Assembly (NCBI GenBank): GCA_003971905.1
Contig: RSEE01000012.1
Span: forward strand, 806,001-870,000
Length of the DNA stretch: 64,000 nucleotides
From: Moniliella sp. 'wahieum'
Taxonomy: Eukaryota
Reading direction: 5' to 3'
Shown here: piece by piece, positions 1 to 11,293 of the stretch
How positions within the stretch are numbered: position 1 is the stretch's first letter
How the letters are laid out: the number at the start of each line of letters is the position of its first letter
Notes under the pieces: model-generated
What the model was told of the DNA's origin: nothing
What the model saw: the letters and a program-made list of their open reading frames with translations, nothing else
The model's database searches: none
Translations under genes and position numbers: made by a program

Positions 1-1917
1 GATTTGGGAGGTGGAGGCCGTAGGCATGGGAGCCAGCAACAGCGAGTTGCGAATGCCATGCTGAGCAATCTTGGTCTTGAGCTCGGCCCAGTCCCAGCGC
101 TCCGAAGGCTTAACCCCCCACATATCGTACTGCAGCTGCCCTTGCGAGACGGGGGAGCCTGCGTAAGTCTCATAGGGCCCCAACTCAGCTGCAATCTCGC
201 ACGAACGCTCCAAGGCGGCATGGTAGATCGTCTCAAAGATCTCCACATTGAGCTTCCGCGCCTCGGGACTATCAAACGGCATCCCCAAGATCTGGAACGC
301 ATCCGCCAATCCTTGCACTCCAATGCCAATGGGACGATGACGCATGTTGGACTTGCGCGCCTGCTCCACAGGATAGTAGTTGCCATCGATAATTTGTTCA
401 GGTTCGAGGTGAGCACCTTGGCCACCTGGTGCAATTTGGCAAAGTTGTACGTCTTGGTCGCTTGATCGATAAAAGTGGGAAGCGCAATGGACGCCAAATT
501 GCACACGGCCACCTCGTCCGGCGCACTGTACTCCATAATCTCGGTGCACAGATTGGAGCTCTTGATGGTACCCAGGTTCTTTTGGTTGGACTTGCGGTTG
601 GCCGCGTCCTTGTACAACATGAATGGGTTGCCCGTCTCGGTTTGGGCTTCGAGAATGGCATACCACAACTTTTGTGCCTTGACTGTCCGCTTGGGCGGCC
701 CTCGCGCTCGTACCGCTCATACAGCGCTTCAAACTCGTCGCCATACACATCCGACAGCCCAGGGCACTCGTTGGGGCACATGAGCGACCATTCCCCATTG
801 GCCTGGACGCGCTTCATGAACAAATCGGGGATCCAGAGCGCGTAGAAAAGCTCGCGGGCACGAAAGTCTTCCTTGCCATGCGTCTTGCGGAGCTCGACAA
901 ACTCAAAAATGTCCGAGTGCCACGGCTCAACGTAGATGGCAAACGCACCAGGACGTTTGTTGCCGCCTTGGTCAACGTAGCGAGCCGTGTTGTTAAAGAC
1001 GCGGAGCATGGGAACAATGCCATTGCTCACACCATTCGTGCCGGCAATGTAGGAGCCAGTGCCACGAATGTTGTGATGTGCAGTCCAATCCCGCCGGCGT
1101 CTTGGAGATCAGCGCACACGTCTTGAGTGTGTCGTAAATCCCCTCAATCGAGTCTTCTTGCATTGCAACAAGGAAACAGGAGGCCATCTGGGGGCGTGGC
1201 GTACCAGCGTTGAAGAGAGTAGGAGAGGCATGGGTAAAGTACCGCTCGGACATGAGGTTGTACGTCTCGATAGCTGCCTCGACATCGTGACCGTGGATAC
1301 CAACAGCGACACGCATCAGCATGTGCTGAGGCCGCTCAGCGACCTTGCCATTGATGCGGAGGAGGTAAGAACGTTCGAGCGTCTTGAACCCGAAAAAGTT
1401 GTAATGAAAGTCCCGCTCAAAGATGATGGCGCCGTCGAGCTGGTCCCGGTTGGCCATGACGGCTTGGTACGTCTCGGTCGAAATCATGGGCGCGTGCTTG
1501 CCAGTCTTGGGGTTGACATAGTCGTACAGGTCCTGGATGACGTTGCTAAACTGCTTTTTGGTCTCTTTGTGCAAGTTGGAAATGGCAATGCGGGCCGCAG
1601 CACAGCATAATCGGATGGGTCGTCGTCTTGTACGCGGCAGTCTCGGCAGCCAGGTTGTCCAGCTCGACCGTGGTTACGCCATCGTAGATGCCCTCAATGA
1701 CCCGCCGCGTGATCTCGATGGGGTCGACATAGTTTGAGTCGAGGCCGTAGCAGAGCTTGCTGATGCGGGCAGTGACCTTGTCAAACTTGACCGACTCCTT
1801 GCGGCCGTCTGGGAGGGGGGCGGAAGGAGGGGGGTCAGCAGCGCAGACGCAGGGCAGGAGCAGCAACCGCCGCGGGGCGAGTCGGAGACACGCACCGCGC
1901 TTGTAGACGTAGATCAT
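1..1917 (-). CDS. RNR1: Ribonucleoside-diphosphate reductase large subunit (3' end runs off the window; intron 1809-1895; several indels)
   Basis: [26 protein letters not shown]-cone start; [46 protein letters not shown]; the SSNLCTEI region is readable across frames. The intron runs GTGCGT...CAG. Confidence 0.97.
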
Positions 1918-1960
1918 GGGCAGCGAAGGAGAGGTGGTGGGCGGAAGAAGAGAAGGAAGA

Positions 1961-2177
1961 GGCGACGCGTGGGCTGTGTTGAGAGGACGAGGCTGCTGCT
2001 GATGGATGGGCGACGCGTTGGCGTTTTTTTCAGCGCCGGGGCCTGCCTCGCAAGCTTCCAGCGACGCCGCACACACACTGCCCCTGCGCCACCCGCGCCG
2101 CTTCGCGTCGCGTGGGAGCAGGCGACGCGCCGGTGTAGCCTGGGGAGGGCGGGGGGTGTCGGTCGGCGCGTACGCGT
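1961..2177. promoter_or_regulatory. MCB-like cell-cycle boxes upstream of RNR1
   Basis: ACGCGT at 1965-1970, 2013-2018 and 2172-2177, plus GCGACGCG/CGCGTCGC at about 2104 and 2122, all within 260 bp of the RNR1 ATG. RNR large subunit genes are classic MBF targets. Confidence 0.6.
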
Positions 2178-2429
2178 GTAGGGTTGCGCGCGTCTGGCTG
2201 GCTGGCCAACCGCAACGGAAAGGGGGCGGGAAATGAAATGGTGCGTATCATATTTCAGCCGTGGTTAATGATTTCCGAGGCTGAGGGATTCAATATTCAT
2301 CGTTCAATGTGCATCTCCTCTTGCACCGAATGCAATTGTGAAATGTTCACCCCCCCCCGCCGCGCAAAAAAAAAATCCCAAGACAAGCTCGCTTCTGGCG
2401 CAGCCCTCCCATACCACCCCAACCCAGCC

Positions 2430-4295
2430 ATGGTGTCCTTTGCCGAGATGGCGGCGCGCGCAGCCCCCGCCCGTGGCTGCGCCGGCGCCTGCACCTTCTG
2501 CTGGGCTCCCGCCGACCCGGCCCACGCCAAGACCCATGTTTCCACCTCCGAGAACCCGCCGCGCCCGCCGCGCCCGCCGCTCCTGCCTCCTCTGCGTCTG
2601 CTCCGGGTGAGCAGCAGGGCGAGAAGAAGGTGTATGGAGCCGCTCCCTCGCTGCCCTCGCTGCCCCTGCGCCTGCAAGCGGGTGGGGCATCGAGCATGTC
2701 GTCCTGGACGCCAGCCCCCTCTTGACCGGGGCAGGAGTGGAGCCGCTACGGGCGGCGCATGTTTGGATCCCATCGTCCGTGGCCGCTGAGATTAAGGATG
2801 TACATGCGCGCGAGGCATTTGAGCATATGAAGGTGGTCTTGGGCCAGGAACGGTTGCATTGTCCATCCTCCCCGCCAGTGCGTTAGCACGGGTACGCACC
2901 TTTGCTCGCCAAACGGGAGATTTGGCGGTCCTGTCCGGCCCGATTTGGACGTGGTCGCACTCGCCTTGTCGCTCGAGCTGGCTGCGCATGGCGAGTGGCG
3001 CATCCGCGATCGCCCCGGTGGACAGACGGGCCAACAGGCTTACGAGCGCGCGCACGCGCCCAAGCCAAACAAGTTAAGCGGACCAGCAAACCACAACCGA
3101 GGCGACTGCGTCAGCTTTCCCCCGCTTCAACTTCTGCCGCTCCTGCTCTTGCTTCTACCTCTGCGCCTGTCTCTGTCCCTGCATCGGAATCTGAGTCTGC
3201 TTCTACTCCTGCTTCTGGCTCGGACTCTGCACCTCTTTCCTACCCTGCCTCTGCGTCTGGTCCGGCACCACAAGCCGCAGCGGTGAATCCACAACAGCTA
3301 CTGCGAGTACCCCCGAGCCTGAGCAGGGTACTACGGCACAGTCTCGGCTTCCAGTGAGCAATCTGCTCCTTCACACCCACCAGCCCAGACATCAGCGCCG
3401 GCGCTCGCCCCCCCCGCCGCTGCCCACGCCCACCCGTCCGGGTCGCGAAGGGCTGACGGCGTTGGAGCAAGCACAAGCTGCCGCAGCTGCTGAGGCCGAG
3501 GAGGATTCGGAGGGGGAAGGCGGGGAGTGGATCACGGCGAGCAATGTGGCGGAACACAAGACGGTGGCGGCGGGTTTAGTCACGGAAAAGCTCGTGCGGA
3601 AGCCAAGGCCGCGGTGGGAGGGGATGCTCAGAATGCGGACGAGGTCAAGGCCAAAGCCAAGAAACCAATGGGGGTGGCCTGTGTGAGTGGGGACTTTGCG
3701 GTGCAGAATGTGTTGCTGTCGATGGGGGTGACGCTGGTGAGCATCGGAGGCAAGCGGGTGACCAAGGTGCAGAGTTGGATGCTGCGCTGCCATGGGTGCA
3801 TGAAACTGTGTCGGGACGTGACGCGCAAGTTTTGCCCCGTCTGTGGTGGAGCGACGTTGAACCGAGTGAGCGTGACAGCGACGGCAAAGCCCCGACCCAA
3901 GCTGTGGCCGGCACGGCCGCTGCGATGGGCGTCCACGTCCACCTCAAGGCCAACTACCAACCCAAAACGCGGCTTTGATCTACTCTTTGCCGGCCCCTAA
4001 GATGGGCCGTGCGTCGGAGGGCCCGACGCGCGGCGGTGCGGGCCGGAACCAAGAACCGATTCTGCGTGAAGACCAGAAGGAGTGGCAGCGTGCGTTGCAC
4101 AAGGATCAGTCCGAGACAAGCAAGGCGAATCGGCGTGCACAAAAGGCGGCCGACGAGGCAAGGCGTCCGGCGCGATGCCGCGTTTGGGGCAGGGGCTGGA
4201 TGGGGAGCTTGGATGCCAACTCGGTCTACATGGGACTACCAGCAATTGGGATGGGCCGACGCAACCCGAACGAGAAGCGGCGGGGACGCAAATGA
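2430..4295 (+). CDS. NOB1: 20S pre-rRNA D-site endonuclease Nob1 (frameshifted)
   Basis: PIN start IEHVVLDASPLL at about 2689; GEGGEWITASNV; VACVSGDFAVQNVLLSMG; Zn ribbon WMLRCHGC...FCPVCGGATL; C-terminal IGMGRRNPNEKR. Confidence 0.92.
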
Positions 4296-4885
4296 AGAAA
4301 GAGGCCAGGAGATGCGATTGGGTCAGTACTACTACCATACGTGGTCTGAGACGGAGTGGATCACACTCGTATATTCATAGGAGCAGTCGTAGTAGTTTTA
4401 CCAAAGTCAAACGCGAGGAAGACAACACTTCTCGGCGGGCGTGTGGCCAGTAGTTTGAACTCAGCTAACACCCTCAGGTCAGCGCACGCGAGAGATCTAG
4501 GATCTACAACCGGCATTTTTCATAACATCATCAAGTAGAAGCTCCCCCTTTGCCCCTAGGCGACTGGTCCCTGTCGTTATGCAGCTTCTTCAAGCTTCAG
4601 CAGACCCTTGGCCGTCGCCCGTTTCGACGGCTATCCTATAGAACGTCCACCGAGCCACTGCCACCAGCCACACTGCCTGGACAATTCCGCGGGCCCACAC
4701 CACGGTCAAAGGGTCACTGGGGAGGGAATTTGGTCTTCTCCGTGCAAGGCGAAACAGTGTCGTTGTCATACATTTCTCATTGCACGAGAGAGGACGCATT
4801 AAATATTGACCGTCCTCTCTCCCCATTCTCCCTCTTTCCCCTTTTCTCCGTTGATGGACACTGTCATATTGTTGTTGGGCTGCGC

Positions 4886-5329
4886 ATGAGTCATTCATAT
4901 CCTGATCGAGCCCCACACTTGTGATGTGGTTCCTTGGTAGCCGGGAAGCGGAACCCCGCCTCGCTTTGCTATAATTCCCGCGACCGATGACTCGATGACT
5001 CCCCGAGATCAATAAAGCACAACAGGCGAAGGATAAGGACATCGATAAGGCCTAAGCGCCCCAAAGGCGTCGGCCTACTAAGGACAATTGATACTTGACA
5101 ATCGGCATATGCACCAAATTTATCGCAGCCACGGGACAGCTATGCCAAGCAAGGTACCTACTACTAGGAATTGCCATGTCCATTCAGCAACTCATCAGTA
5201 CTCAGTCTCAGCTACTACGCCTGGCCTGCCTTCAAGAGCTTCAAGCTTCAAGCTTGATCGGGTCACCGCTCCCGTACCGTTGGGGGATGGCTGATGGTCT
5301 GCCCGTGACTCGGAGCTACCGGCTGGCGG
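4886..5329. promoter_or_regulatory. Candidate Gcn4/Cpc1 and Leu3/LeuB-type sites upstream of the BCAT gene
   Basis: Perfect ATGAGTCAT at 4886-4894; TGACTC twice near 4988-5000; CCG-N5-CGG at 4941-4951, 5303-5313 and 5319-5329. Confidence 0.45.
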
Positions 5330-5628
5330 ATTGCTTTTTGCCGCGGGAGCGAGGACGTCGGAGTATGGCCAAGCGCAGGTAGGGGGCAGCAGTGCCAGGA
5401 CATCCCTCTGCTGGCCCGAATTTCCAGCGCAACCTTGGAGCGCTCGCTCTCATTGTTCCTCTCGCCGTCTCAAGGAGCAGCGCCTCCTCGCTACTATTAC
5501 TAAGCTCAGTGCTCCCATCTCCTGCCCTTCATCTCCGCCACCCCCATCGCTGTCCTCTGCCCTCATCGAGATCTCAGCCACCCTCCCCGCTGCCTCCATC
5601 GCCGCTTCCACTGCCACCGCCACCAACC

Positions 5629-6775
5629 ATGTCGCGCTTCGCCAGCCCCGCTCGATGCGTCGAAACTGAAGGTGACGCCCAACAAAGCGTTCGAAGGGGT
5701 GCAGCCTGAATTTGCCAAGTACAAGTTTGGCACCACCTTTGCCCCGCACATGCTGGTGGTCGACTGGGATGCCTCGACGGGGTGGGGTGTACCCGAGATT
5801 GTGCCGTACGGGAACTTGGCCGTGTCGCCTGCTGCGCCGACGTTGCATTATGCCTCGGGTCTGTTCGAGGGTTGAAGGCCTACAAGTCCGACGCGGGAGA
5901 TGTCCTCCTCCGCCCGGACATGAACATGGCCCGGATGAACCGCTCGGCCACCCGCCTGGGCCTGCCGACGTTTGACAGTGCCGAGGCCATCAAACTGATT
6001 CGCCAGCTGATCAAGATCGATCAGGAGTGGGTACCTCCTATCAAGGGCGGTGCGCTCTACGTCCGCCCCACCTTGATTGGCACCACCGCCAGCTTGGCAG
6101 TTCACACAACCTAGTCATGCCAAATGGTTTGTCATCACTTCCCCGTTGGGGCTCTTACTTTGCGCCCACCAAAAACGGCAAGCCGCGCGGCGTCCGGCTC
6201 CTGGCCAGGGACGACATTGCTCGTGCCTGGACCAATGGGACGGGGTCGTTCAAGTTGGGGGCCAACTACGGCCCCACCTTTGTCCCGACGAAGAAGCAAC
6301 AAGCAGGGCTGACCAGATCCTTGGATCTTCAAAGGCGAAGTGACGAGGTGGGTGCCATGAACTTTTCTTGGTATTCACCTTGCCGGACGGAACGTACGAA
6401 GTGGCTACCGCGCCGCTGGAGGATGGCTACATCCCGGGTGTGAACGGGACTCGATCCTAGCCCTGCTGCGGGAACATGTAAGTGGCCAAGTCGTCTCCCG
6501 GGCCTGCCTGGCCCGCGAAGATCAAGGTGAGCGAGCGCAAAATCTTGTTTGATGAGGTGCGCACCGCGGCACAGCAAGGTCGGCTAGCCGAGGCGTTTGG
6601 CGCCGGTACCGCAGCCATCATCTCGCCGGTGGAGGAGATTGGCTGGAAGGGCGAGTCGATCGGTGTGCCGATTGGGGAGGACGGCCAGGGCGAGTTTGCT
6701 CGAGTGCTGCTCAAGGAGCTGTCGGAGCGCCAACGTGGTACACAGTCCCACCCGGGCTGGAGTGTCAAGGTGTAA
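5629..6775 (+). CDS. BAT1: Branched-chain amino acid aminotransferase (several indels)
   Basis: YKFGTTFAPHML; LHYASGLFEGLKAY; LRPDMNMARMNRSA; LYVRPTLIGT; PLP lysine motif FKLGANYGP; EAFGAGTAAIISPV; HPGWSVKV*. Confidence 0.95.
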
Positions 6776-7845
6776 AAAGTATACCCGCGGCGGCATCTGG
6801 CCAAGACGGAAAGAACGGGATGAGTTCCTAAGAGTGTCACAACGTGTGTGAGGAGGTAGGCAGCGAAGACTGCCGCAGAGACTGCTGCCAAAGATGCGAC
6901 GTAGGTAGCAGCACACCCCCCCAGCGCGACTCGCAGCCTACGGCCCAATGATTAATGAATGGTCCTAGCGTTGTTCATTGTACCGGCGCCAAGGCCTGCA
7001 GGACAGATGGAAAGTGCCCCACAGGAGCAACGAAGCGACGGAGCACGCGGGTTCTGACTAAGGTACGCCACATAAACAACACTGGCTCGACGCAGTGGAT
7101 GTGGCGAGGGGGTTGAGTTGGCAGGCGCCGCGCAGCCCGATCGCAGCCCATCGCCCCGTGGGGTAATCGGGAAACGCGCACCAATCGAGAGCGGCTGGTG
7201 GACAGGGGCGCATCGGGCTGTGGGGCATGGCACTGGTGCGATGGATGGGGCGATGCGCATGGGGACGGGCGCAAGGCGGAGGGCAGGGAAGACGGGCCGG
7301 GGGAGGTGGTGGGGGAGGAGCAGAGGCCGGAATTGGCTCCGCACTCCCGGCGGACGAAAGGCGGCGAGCGAAAGGCGGCGAGCTGATAAGTACTAAGTAC
7401 TAAGTACTAGTATGGAGGCCATGCATGCGCCTGCGTTGCCCTCAGACACAGTGCGTCCGGTGGCTGATACCGCCCGACAGCCCCCGTGCGGCGGCGGCGG
7501 CTGCGATCGGCGCGCGCAGCACAGCGCAGCACTGCTGCGCACTCTCGGCGGTTCGGCCCGAGCGTATTTGCGATGGGAGGCAGGCCGGTGCATGATTGTG
7601 GATGGGTGACGTGTGATGACGTTGAGCGGCTGAGCACTAAACGCGTTGGACGGACGCAACAGTGCCTCCGTGCCGCCATGCCGCGCTTCAGCAGCTGATA
7701 CAGCGCGCCGATATTGATAGCAGGCACCGATAGTCGATTCTCGATGCCCGTTGTTGCCCCGGCACCAACACGGCCCCCTGCCGGATAAAAGACAGCGAGA
7801 TTTCTGGGCCGCCTCTTTCTTCGCCTGCTGCCTCCCCCTCCTCCC

Positions 7846-9895
7846 ATGGTGCCCATCCCGCTCACCGCCGGCACCCGCGCCCCCGCGATCGCCATCCACC
7901 CTTCCCGCCCACATCCGTCCCTGCCCGCCCCGCCCCTCCTTCAGCGCCGGCAGCCCCACTCGCTGGGTGCTCTGGCCCAGGTGCCCCGCCGCCGCAAGGT
8001 CTTTTTTGGCGCCCTTGCTTCGTCCAAGTCAGCGCTTGAGCTGGAGCTCATCGAGCATGCCGTGCTCGGTGTCGATGAGCACGGCACCATTGCTTTCAAG
8101 GACGATGTCGGTGAGCGCGTCAAGGGCTCGCCTCGCTTGGCACGGGCGCCGACGGACTGCTCAGCATGTCTCTCACGCCCCTCAGTCCCGAAGCCAGCAG
8201 CCCGATTGGCTCCCTCGGTACCTCCTACGATGCCTCTTTCCGTATCCGTCACTCGCCTCTTACAGCTACCGAACTGGCTGCCGAGCGGGCCGCGTCTATG
8301 GATGGGACCCCACTTCCTACGACCTCATCTACCTTGGTCATGGAGACTTTCTGATGCCAGGCATGGTGGACACTCACACCGTATGTTGCCCTCTCCCTTC
8401 CCCTGTCCCCTTTCCCGTGTAACTGTATGGTGTTGGTGGTAAACTGACGCGGCCGAAATAGCACGCGTGCCAAGTGCCCAACCTAGGCTTGGGACAGCAG
8501 TACGAACTGCTCGATTGGCTTCAGAACGTCACCTTCCCCCGGGAAGCCAAGTATGCCGACGTGGCGTATGCTCAGCGGGCGTATGCATCGGTTGTGCAGC
8601 GCGTTCTGGATGCGGGTACAACGACGGCATGCTACTATGCTTCCTTGCATCTGGAAGCTACCAAGGTGCTGGCTGAAACGTGTACCTTGAAAGGTCAGCG
8701 GGCCTTGGTGGGCAAGTGCCAAATGAACGCCAACTCACCCGACTTTTACCGCGAAGAGTCGGTGGAGGCGAGCATGCGCGACACGCGCGCGTTTGTCGAG
8801 TACTGTCGCCAACTAGCTGCTGCCGAGCGGGTGGCCAAGGGCTTGCCTGTGCTCAAAGACCCACTCCCCTCAGCTTTGGTTCAACCGATCCTCACACCGC
8901 GCTTTGCCATCTCCTGCACCTCGGAGCTGCTCCAGGCCGTGGGCGACGAGGTAAAGACCGACCCCACGCTGCGCATCCAGACCCACACGTCGGAAAATGC
9001 CGGAGAAATTGCGTTTACCAAGCAGCTCTTCCCGCATGCTGGAGACACCTATGTGGGGATCTACGACCACTTTGGTATCCTTACTCCACGTACCGTCCTT
9101 GCCCATGCAGTTCACCTGGACGAGACGGAGATGCAATTGATTGCCACAAGAGGATGTGGCGTCTCCCACTGCCCCACCAGCAACATGAACATTCGCTCTG
9201 GGTATGCCCGGGTGGGAGAGATGCTCAACCGTGGAATCAAAGTTGGGCTCGGGACGGACGTGTGGGGGTACGGTATCTCGCTTCTCTCGGCTATCCGGGA
9301 TGCAGCAACAACCGCCAAGGCGTTGACCTTGCCCTCAGTGTATGCCACCTCGGACGAAGGTCAGGCACAAGGTGCGACCGACAAGACCGAAGCAGTCGGG
9401 ATCCTGAACCTTTCGACCGCCTCGAAAGCGTGCGTGGATGAAGGGACGCATGACTTTACCAAGGGACCTCTCCCAATTGCCACCCTCTTCTTCCTTGCCA
9501 CATTGGGCTCAGCCCAGGTGGCCTCGTTGGAGGAGAAGATTGGGTCGTTGGAGGTGGGCAAGGCGTTTGATGCGCTTCACATCCACATGGACGACCCTTA
9601 CGATTACGGCGAGGAGGATGCGCTTCATTTCACCTCTCCCTTCTCACCCGACACAGTTGCCACGCCCCCCGACGAAGACTTGCATGCGCATGCCGGCCAC
9701 GGCGCCGGTCACCCACGCACCAACGGACTCTGGGCCCACCCGCACGAAGACGACCTGGACGAGCTGGTGGAACGGTTCCTGTTCTGCGGTGACGACCGCG
9801 CCATCTGCTCGGTGTATGTCCAGGGCCGCCGGGTCGACTCGAAGGCCAAGACGGTGGAGGCGCGGGTGGCGCGCCTGAGCATGGTGAGCAAGTAG
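7846..9895 (+). CDS. GUD1: Guanine deaminase (amidohydrolase family); introns about 8111-8265 and 8381-8462
   Basis: PGMVDTHT|HACQ metal-binding motif across the intron; LLDWLQNVTFPRE; ILTPRFAISC; IQTHTSEN; LAHAVHL; SHCPTSN; VGLGTD; GDDRAICSVYVQG. Confidence 0.95.
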
Positions 9896-10243
9896 CGTCG
9901 CAGTACCCGTCGCAGTATTAGTAGTAGTTTTCCTCTCGTATTTACGTTGTGCCTTCAACACGCATGCACATACCCCGCCTGTCTAGTATGGATGACCAAC
10001 CATCTTGTCCGCTTCAATCCCATGCATCCCCATCCCATTGTTGGCCATTCCACAGACAGGTGTTTGTATTCTCACAATGCACGTAGGATGAAGCTCCTCA
10101 GGATTACTAGTTGCTCCAACAGCACCACGGGCTGCGCTTAATCGGTGCAAGTACCGGCTATCCGAAGAACCAACGATTTTGACGCTGAGGCCTCTCTCCG
10201 CCATCGCCGGTAGCCCCATCACCGTCACCGCCATCGTTCCCGC

Positions 10244-11118
10244 CATGCTGCCTGCCGTGACGGCTGCCCGGCGCTGCGGCCTGCGTCTCCCTCCCCTCGT
10301 GCGCGCCTTGTCCACCACCCGCCTCGGCTCCCCATCCCCGCTTCCGCCGCACGAGTACTGGCTGCGCATCGGGCGAGCCGCTGAGGTGCTGGAAAAAAGC
10401 CTCCCGTCCTTCCTGGAAGTAGGGCTGGTGGACTACCCCGACCTCCACCACCACCCCGACCAGGCCTCCAGCTCCAGCTCCAGCCCCCCCTCTACCCCAT
10501 CCAAATGGGTTCCCCACCTCCCCCACCTTACCGATGGCATTTTGGCCCCCCTCACCCCCTCTGCCCCTGACGACAGCATCTACCACCCTTCCATCCAGTT
10601 CGTCCTCCGCCCCCCCCTGGGCTCCGACGAGGCAGTGGCCAATGCTCTGCGTTCCTCCCGCCCCACTTCCCCCAACTCCGATCCACTTCTCTGGAAGAGC
10701 GCTGTACCTGGCCTCGGGCCAGGTGCTCAAGACGGCGCTGCATGTGCTCTTTGTCCGGCCCGAGGTGGTGCTGGATGGGATGAAGCTGCAAGGGTCGGAA
10801 GAAGGGGATCAGTTTGGTGGTGCGTCTGCGTCTGCTGGGTCAGATCCGTCTGATGCGCACCCCCACGAGTACACGGTCGTGTTCAAGTACACCTTTGACC
10901 GGTCTACAGGCCAGATCCGTGTCCACTCGGTCGAACGGATCCAGCCTGCCCCAACACGCCATCTGTGGGCAGGCCTAATGGGCGCGCTGCGCTTGGCCAG
11001 CGTCGCCCGACCTACCACCACATTGTTTGTGCCCCACCTTTACCCCCTTCCCCAGCCCCAGCCCCAGCCTCAGTCAGTACCCCTCCCGCAGCTGCAGCAG
11101 CGTCCCCCCGACGCATAG
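10244..11118 (+). CDS. Conserved hypothetical protein, likely mitochondrial, DUF2358/C6orf136-like (one frameshift near 10680)
   Basis: Arg-rich presequence-like start MLPAVTAARRCGLRLPPLVRALST; SIYHPSIQF; HFSGRALYLAS; YTFDRSTGQIRVHSVERIQPAP. The family call is from recalled motif similarity. Confidence 0.55.
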
Positions 11119-11293
11119 CTTCCCGGCAGCCAATTGCGGTTCCCTACGCAACATGTCCTGACCTGAGGCCTACGGTCCTACGGTGCGAGGGCCCCTGAGG
11201 GGGCCGAGCTGACCCTGCCAGCCAGGTCCTTCCCGATCTACCAAAGCGCATACCCTTTTCCTACCACCACTTGTCAAATGGATTCTTTTACTG

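Noticed and set aside
5629..6775. Frameshifted genes (for example BCAT) as pseudogenes or programmed frameshifts
   Set aside because: The same pattern affects essential genes across the window, so assembly error is the simpler explanation.
9890..9900. Cryptic peroxisomal isoforms via TGA-CTA readthrough at gene ends
   Set aside because: The stop contexts I checked (GUD1, BCAT, dioxygenase, HYPK-like, SNU71, RRN6) lack TGA-CTA, and I saw no downstream PTS1.
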